Shown here: positions 24,922-34,886 of the stretch, one piece after another | Numbering within the stretch: position 1 is the first letter of the stretch | Layout: every line of letters starts with the position of its first letter | NCBI GenBank assembly: GCA_001780725.1 | Contig: MFIM01000001.1 | Coordinates: 83,642 to 147,641 of the forward strand | Source: Candidatus Giovannonibacteria bacterium RIFCSPLOWO2_02_FULL_45_28 | GTDB lineage: Bacteria; Patescibacteriota; Minisyncoccia; UBA11713; 2-01-FULL-45-33 | DNA: 64,000 nucleotides | Direction of reading: 5' to 3' | Program-made: the position numbers and the translations under genes | The notes under the pieces: generated by a model | What the model was told of the DNA's origin: nothing | Databases searched by the model: none | The model's input: the letters and a program-made list of their open reading frames with translations, nothing else

Positions 24922-27012
24922 TTATTTTTTTCCTTCCTTAATCAACTCCGCGATATTGTTTGACACCTCATCATAATGATCAAATTCCATTGTGTACGAA
25001 GCCCGGCCTTCCGTCATGCTTCGGAGCTTGGTGACATATCCGAACATTTCGGAAAGCGGAACTTTGGCGTCCACCACCCGCGCGTTGCCGCGCTCCGACA
25101 TCTGTTCAATTTTTCCGCGCTTGGAAGAAAGATCTCCAGTAACATCTCCCAAAAACTGGTCCGGAGTTACAACTTCAACTTTCATAACAGGCTCAAGCAA
25201 AACTGCGCCAGCGCGTTTTGAGGCTTCCTGTAAAGCAATAGAGCCCGCAATCTTAAACGCCGCTTCGGAAGAATCTACGTCGTGATAAGAGCCGTCATAA
25301 AGCGCCACGCGCATGTCCACCAAAGGAAAGCCCGCCACTACGCCTTTTTCCACCGCTTCTTTAATGCCTTTTTCTACTGCCGGAATAAATTCTTGCGGGA
25401 TAATCCCGCCCTTTATTTCGTTAAGAAATTCAAATCCCTTGCCGCGATCGTTCGGCTCAACTCTTAACCATACGTGCCCATATTGCCCCCTGCCTCCTGA
25501 TTGGCGAATATATTTTCCTTCAGCCTCCGCTGTTTTTTTAACGGTTTCTTTGTAGGCAACCTGCGGGCGGCCGACGTTGGCCTCAACTTTAAATTCCCGC
25601 TTCATGCGGTCAACCAAAATTTCCAAATGGAGTTCGCCCATTCCGGAAATAATTGTCTCCATTGTTTCTTCGTCGCCCTTGATGCGAAAAGTGGGGTCTT
25701 CTTCCGAAAGCCTGCGCAGCGCCAACCCCATTTTTTCCTGATCCGCTTTTGTTTTGGGTTCAATCCGCAAAGAAACCACCGGTTCGGGAAATACAATTGA
25801 TTCCAAAACGATGGGATGTTCCGGGTCGGAAAGCGTGTCCCCCGTCTTTGTATTTTTTAAACCAACAATCGCGCCTATCTCCCCCGCCTGCATTTCCTTT
25901 ACTTCTTCGCGGTGGTTGGCATGCATCCGCAAAATTCTGCCGATGCGCTCTTTGTCGCCCGTGCGCGTATTTAAAACGTAAGATCCGGCGGAAAGTATGC
26001 CGGAATACACTCTAAAATAAGTAAGCTGTCCGACATACGGATCGGTCTGCAGCTTGAAAGCTAGGGCCGCAAACGGCACGTCGTCTTTGGACTCGCGAGT
26101 AAGTTCTGCTTCTGTTTTTGGATCGTATCCCTTGATCGGCAGAAGGTCGGCCGGACTCGGCAGATAATCCACAACCCCGTCAAGCATCATTTGCACGCCT
26201 TTGTTTTTCAAGGCCGATCCGCAAAAAACTGGAACCAGTTTATAATCAAGCGTTGCGCGCCTAAGCGCAGATCTTAATTCTGCCTCGCTGATTTCTTTGC
26301 CCTCAAGATATTTCTCGGTAAGCGCGTCGTCTTCTCCGGCAATGCGCTCTACCATTTTGTGCCGCCATTCTTCGGCTTCTGTTTTTTTCTGCGCCGGAAT
26401 TTCTTCTTCAACTATTTTTTCCCCATGCTCTCCTTCAAATTTGATAAATTTCATTCTCATAAGATCAATTACACCGGAAAAATCTCCTTCTAAACCAACA
26501 GGGATGTTCACTGCCACGGCGTTCGGAGTCAGGCGTTCCAAAATAGAGTTAAAACTATTAACAAAAGACGCACCCATGCGGTCAAGTTTGTTTATAAAGC
26601 AAATCCGCGGGACTTTATATTTATCCGCTTGCCGCCAGACTGTCTCGGATTGCGGCTCAACGCCCGCAACTCCGTCAAAAACAACAACGCCGCCATCCAA
26701 AACGCGCAAAGACCTTTCCACTTCAACCGTAAAATCCACGTGTCCGGGAGTATCAATAATATTTATGCGATATTTTTCTCCACCGTATGACTTGGTCCAA
26801 AAACAAGTTGTGGCTGCGGAAGTAATTGTAATGCCGCGCTCTCTTTCCTGCTCCATCCAGTCCATCACAGCCTCGCCTTCGTGCACCTCGCCGATTTTAT
26901 GCGAAACTCCGGTATAAAAAAGCACCCGTTCGCTAACGGTCGTTTTCCCCGCGTCAATATGGGCAATTATGCCGATATCCCGCGTCCGCTCAATTGGATA
27001 TTCCCGTGCCAT
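24922..27012 (-). CDS. fusA: Elongation factor G
   Basis: 696 aa. [18 protein letters not shown] motifs. EF-G domains IV-V present. Confidence 0.97.
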   Translation of the reverse strand: MAREYPIERTRDIGIIAHIDAGKTTVSERVLFYTGVSHKIGEVHEGEAVMDWMEQERERGITITSAATTCFWTKSYGGEKYRINIIDTPGHVDFTVEVERSLRVLDGGVVVFDGVAGVEPQSETVWRQADKYKVPRICFINKLDRMGASFVNSFNSILERLTPNAVAVNIPVGLEGDFSGVIDLMRMKFIKFEGEHGEKIVEEEIPAQKKTEAEEWRHKMVERIAGEDDALTEKYLEGKEISEAELRSALRRATLDYKLVPVFCGSALKNKGVQMMLDGVVDYLPSPADLLPIKGYDPKTEAELTRESKDDVPFAALAFKLQTDPYVGQLTYFRVYSGILSAGSYVLNTRTGDKERIGRILRMHANHREEVKEMQAGEIGAIVGLKNTKTGDTLSDPEHPIVLESIVFPEPVVSLRIEPKTKADQEKMGLALRRLSEEDPTFRIKGDEETMETIISGMGELHLEILVDRMKREFKVEANVGRPQVAYKETVKKTAEAEGKYIRQSGGRGQYGHVWLRVEPNDRGKGFEFLNEIKGGIIPQEFIPAVEKGIKEAVEKGVVAGFPLVDMRVALYDGSYHDVDSSEAAFKIAGSIALQEASKRAGAVLLEPVMKVEVVTPDQFLGDVTGDLSSKRGKIEQMSERGNARVVDAKVPLSEMFGYVTKLRSMTEGRASYTMEFDHYDEVSNNIAELIKEGKK

Positions 27013-27043
27013 AAAAATTAAAAGATAGTTTATAGATTACTAT

Positions 27044-27069
27044 AAAAAAATGCCCAACGCAAGGTTGGG
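27044..27069 (-). terminator. Rho-independent terminator (CCCAAC-GCAAG-GTTGGG plus U-run on minus strand)
   Basis: Hairpin directly downstream of the 178-aa ORF and upstream of the fusA start. Confidence 0.5.
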
Positions 27070-27103
27070 ATTCTAATTTTTTTACAAGACCGAGGCTTTA
27101 TTA

Positions 27104-27640
27104 TTAAAAAGGCCTGCCTGTTCTTAACTTGCCTTTAGTAAAAGAGTCTACTATAATCTTCCCGTTTTTTTCATGGCCATGGATTATCGCTGGTTTTATT
27201 ACTTCGAGGACAACACCCCCCCGCTCACTTGCCTTAAAAAACCTGTTTAATGCGGTATCAAAATTGTCCCGTAGTAAAGGCCTGATTTCCCAACCGCCCT
27301 CAACCTTTTCGAGATAATATATCCCCCCCCTAATTTCTGGGCGGTAATCATGTTCCAATATTTTCAGTTCCATGGCATAACTATCGGCATACTCACCTTC
27401 TTTTCTCACAATGAACGCAGTATCGTCGTTTGGATATTCAAAGCCCTTTTCAAGCTCACTTACATTCTCTTCTAAACCTTTGGCGGGCTCGCCAATACTC
27501 TCTTCGCTGCGCCCGTCTCTAAATCGTTGGATTGCTTCTTGGTATTTAGCAACAATGCGTTCAGCTTCTTCCAACTCGGTCTCGGATTTTATTTCCAAGT
27601 CTTCTTTGCTGGGAAACCCGCTTTCGAATTTATTTACCAC
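27104..27640 (-). CDS. Hypothetical acidic protein (178 aa)
   Basis: ORF with its own terminator. No recognised motif. Inserted between rpsG and fusA. Confidence 0.4.
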   Translation of the reverse strand: MVNKFESGFPSKEDLEIKSETELEEAERIVAKYQEAIQRFRDGRSEESIGEPAKGLEENVSELEKGFEYPNDDTAFIVRKEGEYADSYAMELKILEHDYRPEIRGGIYYLEKVEGGWEIRPLLRDNFDTALNRFFKASERGGVVLEVIKPAIIHGHEKNGKIIVDSFTKGKLRTGRPF

Positions 27641-27676
27641 AATATAATGCTAGCACAAAAGTTTTAAAAATGCAAT

Positions 27677-27961
27677 CTACTTAGATTTTTTATAAATCTC
27701 GTGCGTGCCGATGTTTAAATAAACTACAACATTATCATTCACAAAATAAAAATGAATGCGGTAGTCTTTATTTACCGAATATGCCCAGTCGTTCTTAAGC
27801 TTTCCGCCAAGTTTATGAGTTTCTAAAGAAGGATGAAATGCGTTTTGCCGAAAAATCTTATCTTTGTTTGCCGCTAATTTTTGGACGACTTTAGGCAACC
27901 GCTCAAAATTCTTTTCAAAAAGAGAGGTGTGTTCTACCCCGAAGATCCTCCGTGGTGTCAT
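27677..27961 (-). CDS. RelE/ParE-family type II toxin
   Basis: 94 aa. C-terminal WAYSVNKDYRIHFYFVNDNVVVYLNIGTHEIYKK matches the RelE/ParE fold consensus. Confidence 0.6.
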   Translation of the reverse strand: MTPRRIFGVEHTSLFEKNFERLPKVVQKLAANKDKIFRQNAFHPSLETHKLGGKLKNDWAYSVNKDYRIHFYFVNDNVVVYLNIGTHEIYKKSK

Positions 27962-28167
27962 TTAATAAGCCGGCTCAGGTTTTTTAAAATTTTTGTCTTG
28001 CCTAATCTGTGTTCTCGCCTCCCCAATCTGCTAGCTTTGAGAGCGTCGTCCATTTCCCAACTTCTCTGTAAATCTTTTGCGAATTCTTTCGGATCCACGA
28101 CCAAAAGCTTGCGGCCGTTAGCGCGTTTTAAAATTTCTTTTGGAATTTCTATGGTAATAGTTGCCAT
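27958..28167 (-). CDS. Putative antitoxin (69 aa) of the RelE-like toxin
   Basis: Small ORF directly upstream of, and overlapping (ATGA), the toxin gene. Confidence 0.45.
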   Translation of the reverse strand: MATITIEIPKEILKRANGRKLLVVDPKEFAKDLQRSWEMDDALKASRLGRREHRLGKTKILKNLSRLIK

Positions 28168-28189
28168 AAAATTATTTTAACACAAAATA

Positions 28190-28663
28190 TTACCAAGCAA
28201 AGTGCGCAAAGGCTCTGTTGGCTTCGGCCATGCGATGAGTGTCCAGTTTTTTCTTAATTGCGGCGCCTTCGTTTTTTGTCGCGAGCAAAATCTCTTCAGC
28301 TAATTTTTTAGCCATTGGTTTGCCTTTTTTGGCGCGCGCTGCGCTGATAAGCCATCTGGCCGCCAACGAAAACCCGCGGTCTGGCTGAACCTCTCGTGGC
28401 ACCTGATAGGTTGCGCCGCCAATTCTCCTTGGGCGGATTTCCACGATTGGCGTAATATTTTTCATCGCTTGTTCCAAAACAGCTACAGGAGTTTCGTCTT
28501 TTTTCACCGCTTTTTTTATTTCCTCAAGCGCCCCCCACATAACCCTCTGCGCCGTAGATTTTTTTCCTGAAAACATTAAATGGTTGGTGAGTTTCGCAAC
28601 CAACCGCGAATCATAGAGTGGGTCCAACATTAAATCTCTGTTTTCTTTCTTTTTTCGCCTCAT
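28190..28663 (-). CDS. rpsG: 30S ribosomal protein S7
   Basis: 157 aa. S7 family. Ends ...RAFAHFAW. Confidence 0.95.
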   Translation of the reverse strand: MRRKKKENRDLMLDPLYDSRLVAKLTNHLMFSGKKSTAQRVMWGALEEIKKAVKKDETPVAVLEQAMKNITPIVEIRPRRIGGATYQVPREVQPDRGFSLAARWLISAARAKKGKPMAKKLAEEILLATKNEGAAIKKKLDTHRMAEANRAFAHFAW

Positions 28664-29073
28664 TGTTTTGGCCGCTTAGTTCCGTATTTTGACCTTTGCT
28701 GTTTCCTTTTTTCAACTCCGGTTGCGTCCAAGACCCCGCGCACAATGTGATATTGCACCCCAGGCAGGTCTTTTACGCGGCCTCCGCGGATTACAACAAC
28801 AGAGTGCTCCTGCAAAGTATGCCCTTCGCCGCCGATATAAGCTGTGACCTCCATGCCGTTAGTAAGACGGACTCTCGCAACCTTTCGCAAAGCGGAATTA
28901 GGTTTTTTGGGGGTCATTGTTTTGACAGCTAGGCACACTCCGCGCTTAAAGGGCGACGGATAAAACCGCGGGCGGTTTTGGAGCGCATTAAAAGACTTGG
29001 CAAGCGCCACCGACTTCGCCTTATATTCCATCTTCTTTCTGCCCCTTTTTACAAGCTGATTAATAGTAGGCAT
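28660..29073 (-). CDS. rpsL: 30S ribosomal protein S12
   Basis: 137 aa. [12 protein letters not shown] start and [10 protein letters not shown] motif. Confidence 0.97.
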   Translation of the reverse strand: MPTINQLVKRGRKKMEYKAKSVALAKSFNALQNRPRFYPSPFKRGVCLAVKTMTPKKPNSALRKVARVRLTNGMEVTAYIGGEGHTLQEHSVVVIRGGRVKDLPGVQYHIVRGVLDATGVEKRKQQRSKYGTKRPKQ

Positions 29074-29121
29074 ATATGTAAAAAAAGCTTATCACACAAA
29101 AAATAGAGCGTCAATGACGCT

Positions 29122-30087
29122 CTATGCTTTTTTCGTGCCTTTTGCGTATTCGGTTGATGAATACAACGAATCTTTTGTCCAAAGAGGCTGCCATCTTCCA
29201 TCAAACGTTCCGTAGATTTTATCCAAGCCGAAGACGGCAAACATGTTCTCGCAATAAGTGCAGGTGTAACTTGGCTCGTCCCGCCACCACGGGCTGCCAT
29301 CAGGCTTAAATCCAGCTTCATAAAAGTCAAGCATCGGCAGGTCGCTTGGCTTCCACCCAAGCTCAAAAACTTTTGCCAAACACCAAATTGGCGCGTGCCC
29401 GCAATCTCCCAAAGTCGCATCCGTGCGCGAAGGCATTCCAAGTCTTACACAAACCGATCCATCAAACGAACAGAGCCGCTCTTTGCCGAACTCCACGCAA
29501 AAATTCTTGTTCGTGCTTTCCGTGATTAAATTGCCAACTTTGTCATAAACAGAGCACACAAAGCGCATTTTTAGACATTTTGATTCTCCGGAAAATCCGG
29601 AAAATGCCAACTCCCATGCGTGCTGAAATTTCAAGTCTGTGAAAAGCGGGTTGGACATCAACAAATTTAAAACTCTGGACGCCAAAAGAACATGCCTGTT
29701 GGCGGTTTTATCAAAAGACAAAATGTAGTCCCGCCAATCTTTATTTTCAGACATTTCGCCGACTTCTCCATTAACGAAATCGTCATATGGGAAATCTGAT
29801 GGAAATTGATCTCGAGACAAATCAAAATTTTCCGGCAAATCGGAATTAAAAATAATTTCTTCATTCCAATAATGCGAGCGAGAGCCAAACTTATCCGCCC
29901 ATTCTTTAGGAAAAAGCGCTCTTTTAATCCAGCCGCCGTAAAAATCTTGGAAAATCGCTGCGATAACGGCACAGTGCCCAAAAAGCGGATTTTCCGGCGT
30001 CCACTTATCCGGAGCGTCTGAAGTTTCTTGAGAACAAGAGTTTTTTAAAAGATATTTTAACTCAACCAACGGAATTTTCTGTTTCAT
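29122..30087 (-). CDS. Hypothetical Cys/Trp-rich protein (321 aa)
   Basis: Long ORF upstream of rpsL. No recognised motif. Confidence 0.4.
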   Translation of the reverse strand: MKQKIPLVELKYLLKNSCSQETSDAPDKWTPENPLFGHCAVIAAIFQDFYGGWIKRALFPKEWADKFGSRSHYWNEEIIFNSDLPENFDLSRDQFPSDFPYDDFVNGEVGEMSENKDWRDYILSFDKTANRHVLLASRVLNLLMSNPLFTDLKFQHAWELAFSGFSGESKCLKMRFVCSVYDKVGNLITESTNKNFCVEFGKERLCSFDGSVCVRLGMPSRTDATLGDCGHAPIWCLAKVFELGWKPSDLPMLDFYEAGFKPDGSPWWRDEPSYTCTYCENMFAVFGLDKIYGTFDGRWQPLWTKDSLYSSTEYAKGTKKA

Positions 30088-30104
30088 ACAAGCGCCCTTT
30101 CTTT

Positions 30105-30137
30105 TTCAAAACAAAAACCTGCTACAAATGTAGCAGG
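30105..30137 (-). terminator. Rho-independent terminator (CCTGCTACA-AA-TGTAGCAGG plus U-run on minus strand)
   Basis: Perfect 9-bp stem directly downstream of the 30152-30892 gene. Confidence 0.6.
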
Positions 30138-30151
30138 TTGAGTAAAAAAGG

Positions 30152-30841
30152 TCAAAACTTACAGCCGAGCGCTTGAGCCATTTTAGAAACCACGCCATCA
30201 TAGTACGAAGAGCCGCACCAATCTTTTATCTCCTTATCCCCGATCATTATTTCAAGCTCTTTTTTGCCACCGCTGCCAAGTCCTCCTAAAAAATCTTCGC
30301 CTTCCGTTTTCAGCGGTTTATTGAGCTGCAAAGCGATGTCAACAGCGTCTCCCAATAAACTCCTAATGGATAAACCGCCGGCCACAACCGAAATTTTCTC
30401 GCTTCTACTCCCATAAACAACATGATTTTCCGACGGAAACACCATACTGCCTTTGGCGCAATTAAAAATCATTTTTCCCTTGTTCAGAACTCCCAAATAC
30501 AAGCTGGTCTCAATCGCCACGTATCCGCGCCCCCCAAAACCGGTACAGCCACGCTGCAACTCGCGTCTAACAACCGCTAAAACAAATTCGCCAACGCTTC
30601 TTTGCGCGCGATTTTGCAAATCCCGATATACGCCCTCAAGCTTTTCGTTTAAAAAGCCGTATTTAGCGATTACAAAATCTTTGATTTCGTCTCCGGTTGT
30701 TTCTCCGTTTTTGATTCTGCTCTGAAGCTTAGCGAAATCCCGATTGGCTTGCTCTATAAGCTTCTCGGCGTCCTTTTTCAAACCCCCAACTTCCTCCAAC
30801 AATTTATTAATGTCTGTCAACTCTTTAGCCGCGCTGCCCAT
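30152..30841 (-). CDS. Hypothetical protein with N-terminal coiled coil (~230 aa)
   Basis: Probable start MGSAAKELTD (30841). The longer ORF call extends to 30892. Confidence 0.4.
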   Translation of the reverse strand: MGSAAKELTDINKLLEEVGGLKKDAEKLIEQANRDFAKLQSRIKNGETTGDEIKDFVIAKYGFLNEKLEGVYRDLQNRAQRSVGEFVLAVVRRELQRGCTGFGGRGYVAIETSLYLGVLNKGKMIFNCAKGSMVFPSENHVVYGSRSEKISVVAGGLSIRSLLGDAVDIALQLNKPLKTEGEDFLGGLGSGGKKELEIMIGDKEIKDWCGSSYYDGVVSKMAQALGCKF

Positions 30842-30916
30842 AAACTTCCTCCATGTTTTTGATATCAAACAAACCTGCCACCAATGTAGCAAGCGCGAGA
30901 CAAGAAAGCAAGCGTA

Positions 30917-31537
30917 CTAAAAACTCAATCCGGTTATCAGCCGGAAAAGAAATGCGGCTATTGGAAGAATGGCGCCAGCGAAAAAGAATATAAAAAGCAA
31001 AAGGAGAATGAGGCCGTATTTTTCAAAAAATATTTCAAGGTCTCTGGCGCGATCCGGCAAAAACGCAAAAAGCACTTTAGAGCCGTCCAACGGGGGGATC
31101 GGCACTAAATTAAAAATCGCAAGAATCAAATTGAGAAAAACGATAAACATCGCGATCTGCAAAAATTGCGCTGGCAGAGCAAATGCGTCCGCGAATCTTA
31201 TTAAAACCCCAAAAAATAGCGCCATCAAAATGTTGGAAAGCGGCCCTGCCGCTCCAACCATAGCCGGTCCGTACTTTTGATTTTTCAAATAATACGGATT
31301 ATACGGCACGGGCCGCGCCCAACCGAAAATAAACCCGCCCGCCCAATATGTCAAAATGGGCAGCAAAACGGATCCGAAAGGATCAAGATGTTTTAGGGGA
31401 TTTAATGTCAGCCGCCCCTCGTCTTTTGCCGTGTTATCGCCCATCGCATAAGCCACCGCGCCGTGGGAAACCTCGTGAATCACCACGGAAAAAATTAAAA
31501 TCGCGATTTGAAAAATAAATTCAAGGGCTTGATTCAT
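30917..31537 (-). CDS. Site-2 protease family (peptidase M50) membrane metalloprotease
   Basis: 206 aa. HEVSHG (HExxH) in the first TM helix. Polytopic. Confidence 0.7.
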   Translation of the reverse strand: MNQALEFIFQIAILIFSVVIHEVSHGAVAYAMGDNTAKDEGRLTLNPLKHLDPFGSVLLPILTYWAGGFIFGWARPVPYNPYYLKNQKYGPAMVGAAGPLSNILMALFFGVLIRFADAFALPAQFLQIAMFIVFLNLILAIFNLVPIPPLDGSKVLFAFLPDRARDLEIFFEKYGLILLLLFIFFFAGAILPIAAFLFRLITGLSF

Positions 31538-31565
31538 TATGTTTTTATGATAACATATTAAGACT

Positions 31566-31781
31566 ATGGCGAAAATTTGCGCAATTTGTAAAAAGGGTTC
31601 AGTGATAATGGGAACACGGCGGCTTCTCCGCGGCCACTATAACCCCACCAAAAGATCCCGAAAATATCCCAATCTCCAATGGGCCCGTTTGCCTGCCTCG
31701 CGACAAGGCGGGCCGTCTGGTGGAAGAGTAAAAATCTGCACAAGGTGCCTCAAAGCCGGGAAACACTTGAAGATGAAATAA
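31566..31781 (+). CDS. rpmB: 50S ribosomal protein L28
   Basis: 71 aa. MAKICAICKKG... with a second C..C pair (CTRC). L28 zinc-ribbon family. Confidence 0.75.
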   Translation: MAKICAICKKGSVIMGTRRLLRGHYNPTKRSRKYPNLQWARLPASRQGGPSGGRVKICTRCLKAGKHLKMK

Positions 31782-31843
31782 TCGGTTGACTATAAATATT
31801 ATAGTGATAACATATCCACAGAAGTAAAAAATGGGGAATTAGT

Positions 31844-32215
31844 ATGTCGCTGACACGAAGTCAAAAAGCTAAGCTGACAGTTAAAATTAAAAATTTAACC
31901 AAAAAAGCCGACGAGCTCGAAAGAAAAGCAAAAACCGAGGATGATAATTTTTATGCCTCTGCTATAACATGCGGCGGTGAGCTGGCTGGCTCATACGGCA
32001 CAGAATACATGCATGAGGAAGTCAAATTGTTGCGCGGAAGAGTAAAATTGCTTGAAGAAGTTAGAGATGGAGTTGTTGTTTTGAATGATCGCAAACACAC
32101 AAAAACTCGACTTGCGGTGATTCAACAAGAAATGAGTTTGCTTACTAAAGAAAAATTAAATTTAGAAGCCCGCCTCAAAGATTTCGGGGAGGTAAAAAAA
32201 CTACTTTCTTCATGA
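31844..32215 (+). CDS. Hypothetical coiled-coil protein (123 aa)
   Basis: Charged helical ORF. Confidence 0.35.
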   Translation: MSLTRSQKAKLTVKIKNLTKKADELERKAKTEDDNFYASAITCGGELAGSYGTEYMHEEVKLLRGRVKLLEEVRDGVVVLNDRKHTKTRLAVIQQEMSLLTKEKLNLEARLKDFGEVKKLLSS

Positions 32216-32237
32216 GCCTAAAAAGGCTCTTTTTTTT

Positions 32238-32308
32238 CGGGCCAGGCGGAATTGAACCGCCGCCACACCCACCCCAAGGGTGCGTACTGCCGTTATACTA
32301 TGGCCCGG
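32238..32308 (-). tRNA. tRNA-Pro (anticodon GGG)
   Basis: Manual cloverleaf: 7-bp acceptor CGGGCCA/TGGCCCG. Anticodon stem CACCC/GGGTG with loop TTGGGGT. T-arm GGCGG-TTCAATT-CCGCC. No encoded CCA. Confidence 0.8.
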
Positions 32309-32400
32309 AACGTTTGACGTTCCTGTACTTGCACATTTTATATGAATTTGTTAATTTAGAAAATAGATAAAAACAGAACAAAAAAGAAAGGAGGTGACGA

Positions 32401-32769
32401 ATGGGCGATCAAGAATGGAAAATTTGGTGTTTTTTTAGAGTTTTTTGGCTTGCTGTAGCTATCGCGGCTATCGTCGCTGGCTGCGCCGCCGGGTCGCTGA
32501 CTACTCGCGAAAAGGGCGGAATTTTCGGCGGACTTTTAGGAGCGGGCGCCGGCGCAATCGTTGGCAACCAAATCGGTACAGGACACCCCGGAGCCGGAGC
32601 GCTAATCGGCGGCGCGCTTGGCTTGGGAGCCGGAGCGCTAATCGGAGACCAACTTCAAGGGCGGGATTCGGAAAATCAAAAACAGCAGGAAGAAATTGAT
32701 CGGCTGCAAAGAGAAATTGAGCGCCAACAAAGAGAGCTGGAAAGGCTCAAAAGACAACAAAACCGCTAG
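32401..32769 (+). CDS. Glycine-zipper lipoprotein with C-terminal coiled coil
   Basis: 122 aa. Lipobox-like IVAGC. GxxxG repeats (GGLLGAGAGAIVG...GGALGLGAGALIG). QQEEIDRLQREIERQ coiled coil. Confidence 0.55.
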   Translation: MGDQEWKIWCFFRVFWLAVAIAAIVAGCAAGSLTTREKGGIFGGLLGAGAGAIVGNQIGTGHPGAGALIGGALGLGAGALIGDQLQGRDSENQKQQEEIDRLQREIERQQRELERLKRQQNR

Positions 32770-32811
32770 ATCGAGGCATTGCCTCGGTCTTTTTCATAGA
32801 GCGAAAAAAAA

Positions 32812-33111
32812 TCAGCGTTTTTGCGCCATATCTTTGGCGGCAAAAACGAAGAAAATCATCCCCACCGTCATTAAAATATGGTGAATGTCTAACGGCGGCT
32901 TAGAAAAAATGGTCAGCAAAGAAAGGCGCAAAAAAACGATGCTGTCTAAAAAAGCAAAAACCATAAAAACAACGCCCCAAATAAACAAATTAAGCCCGCG
33001 AGCGGATTCTTCTCCGGTTTGCGCTTTAGTCTGCACAATAAACCAAATTGAAAACAGCCCAATTATCGCGCCGATTATATCAATCCATAGCGTAATTAAT
33101 GAAAGCGGCAT
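32812..33111 (-). CDS. Small membrane protein (99 aa)
   Basis: Three predicted TM helices. Confidence 0.35.
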   Translation of the reverse strand: MPLSLITLWIDIIGAIIGLFSIWFIVQTKAQTGEESARGLNLFIWGVVFMVFAFLDSIVFLRLSLLTIFSKPPLDIHHILMTVGMIFFVFAAKDMAQKR

Positions 33112-33333
33112 ATTAAGTATTATCAGTTTACCATCAAATTAAATAATTGCGAAAAGAAACTTATCCACATCTCATTTTATTTTCTTTAACTTTCTTGAAC
33201 CAACTTGTCTTATAAAAAGATGTTCTGCTTTAAAAAATTTTAGAGCTGTTTGAATCTGCTTATTGCAGCTTTTCGACCTGATCTCATATTGCTCCATCGC
33301 ACCCATGATATCTATTGATATACTAAAGCAAAT

Positions 33334-33651
33334 TTGCTAGCCTTTCAATTGGGAGGAAAATGTATGCTCATGGAAATTGAATTTGACCATGACAAAATGC
33401 AGGAATTCGGCGATTTAATCGGCGCACATGTTGTGCCAAAAATAACACCAAAGCGCAGGTTAGCCGCTTGGTTGAAAGGAGAAAGGCTAGTTGATTATAA
33501 AAGAATAATCAATGCGGCGTTCACATTCTACAAATGGCGCCAAAAAGAAATGAAAACTGGCCGAAAAGTGGTTTCCGCAGTAGAAACAACAACAAGTGAT
33601 TTAATCGAAGTTAAAACGCCCGAGATATTGTTTCCAACACAAGTAAAATGA
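33334..33651 (+). CDS. Hypothetical protein (105 aa)
   Basis: ORF with no recognised motif. Confidence 0.3.
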   Translation: MLAFQLGGKCMLMEIEFDHDKMQEFGDLIGAHVVPKITPKRRLAAWLKGERLVDYKRIINAAFTFYKWRQKEMKTGRKVVSAVETTTSDLIEVKTPEILFPTQVK

Positions 33652-33685
33652 CAAAAAAGACAGCCTCACGCTGTCGTTTTTTTTG

Positions 33686-33759
33686 TGCCCTCGGCGCGAT
33701 TTGAACGCGCAACCTTCGGCTTCGGAGGCCGACGCTCTATCCAGTTGAGCTACGAGGAC
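33686..33759 (-). tRNA. tRNA-Arg (anticodon CCG)
   Basis: Manual cloverleaf: acceptor GTCCTCG/CGAGGGC. D-loop AACTGGATA. Anticodon stem TCGGC/GCCGA with loop CTCCGAA. T-arm GCGCG-TTCAAAT-CGCGC. No encoded CCA. Confidence 0.8.
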
Positions 33760-33792
33760 AAAAAACCACTTGGGTGTCCGACACCCAAGTGG
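33760..33792 (-). terminator. Rho-independent terminator (13-bp perfect stem CCACTTGGGTGTC-CG-GACACCCAAGTGG plus U-run on minus strand)
   Basis: Directly downstream of the 33794-34276 gene and upstream of tRNA-Arg. Confidence 0.7.
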
Positions 33793-33793
33793 T

Positions 33794-34276
33794 TTACGTG
33801 TGGCGGTCGGCCACAATTGATGCTCCGAAAGAATAGGGCTTAATTACAGCGTCAAAACCGTAGCCTTTGACCATGCCGACGACCGTTTCTATAAAATCTT
33901 TTGTCGGGCCGTTCTCGCCAACATCAATATGAATCTGATCGTTCCAGAAAAACTCGTCTCCCAGTTTTTCTTTAAGGCGTCCGCGCAGTTCCTGCGCCAA
34001 AGTTATTGAGTGAATCGTTTCTTTATAAATCCTTTCGCGCATGTCATGGCAATGCGTTTTTTCCGAGCGCGTCCAAAAGTGTATTCCTCCGTTTCCAATC
34101 CGCCACACAGTTATAGCCGTTACAAAACTGACATCCGATCTCGCCGCCGAATCGGTCCCAACGATTATTTTGTATTTTCTTTGCGGTTTTAAATTAACAA
34201 AATCATAAATTGCCCGGACAACACACTCCAAATCCAGCTCATTTCCGATTATATTAAAAAATTTTGAGTTGGGCAT
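33794..34276 (-). CDS. YkuK/DUF458-family RNase H-like protein
   Basis: 160 aa. YKIIVGTDSAARSDVSFVTAITVWR... resembles Bacillus YkuK. Confidence 0.55.
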   Translation of the reverse strand: MPNSKFFNIIGNELDLECVVRAIYDFVNLKPQRKYKIIVGTDSAARSDVSFVTAITVWRIGNGGIHFWTRSEKTHCHDMRERIYKETIHSITLAQELRGRLKEKLGDEFFWNDQIHIDVGENGPTKDFIETVVGMVKGYGFDAVIKPYSFGASIVADRHT

Positions 34277-34880
34277 TGTCTAAATTCTTACTTCTGACTT
34301 CTAAATTCCAATTAACGGGCACTGCCACTTTTCCGCCGGCGTCTCTTGAATAAAAAAGCACGTGGCCGTTTTTTCTGCCGAAGTCGTAAAGATTCTTGGT
34401 GATCTCAACATCTTTCAGGCAATATTTTTTAATCTCGTCAATTTTGCCCTCCTTATACCACCTCAAGGCCTGCATTCCGTCTCCGCTTTTTCTAACGCCC
34501 AGAGTCGCATCGGCCAAGCTGTCTAAATAAAGCCGATGGCCGAGCGATTTTTTCACATCATCCATCAAATCAAGCGTGGAAAGTTTCTTTAAATCCCACG
34601 AAATGTATGGGCGCAAAACCTCAAGGTCAAAATGGTGAATATTAAAACCGACAACGCGGACGGCTTTTTGGAGCAACTTTTCAAATTCGGGAATTTCGTG
34701 TTCTTCAAAAGTTAAATATTGGTCGGGCCCATAAACGTAAGTTCCCACAACGGAAATGCCAAGTTTATCAAAAAAAGTCCTTCCGCCAACTTCGTCAAAC
34801 GATTTCTGTGTCTCGATATCAAAAACAATATCTCCGATGTCCATAGGATAATATGTACCACAAAGACGATTTTTTACCAA
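34254..34880 (-). CDS. DEDD-family 3'-5' exonuclease (DnaQ-like)
   Basis: 208 aa. Exo I motif FDIETQ. Exo III-like H..D region. Confidence 0.6.
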   Translation of the reverse strand: MVKNRLCGTYYPMDIGDIVFDIETQKSFDEVGGRTFFDKLGISVVGTYVYGPDQYLTFEEHEIPEFEKLLQKAVRVVGFNIHHFDLEVLRPYISWDLKKLSTLDLMDDVKKSLGHRLYLDSLADATLGVRKSGDGMQALRWYKEGKIDEIKKYCLKDVEITKNLYDFGRKNGHVLFYSRDAGGKVAVPVNWNLEVRSKNLDNAQLKIF

Positions 34881-34886
34881 ATGCGC

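Noticed and set aside
22222-24922. Search for the DGR reverse transcriptase in the tuf-fusA insert
   Set aside because: All ORFs there are under 120 aa except the target gene. None contains RT motifs (no YxDD). The RT, if it exists, must be elsewhere in the genome. Reported as a gap, not a feature.
29049-29441. 130-aa minus-strand ORF overlapping the rpsL start and the 321-aa hypothetical gene
   Set aside because: Alternative frame of better-supported genes. No motif.
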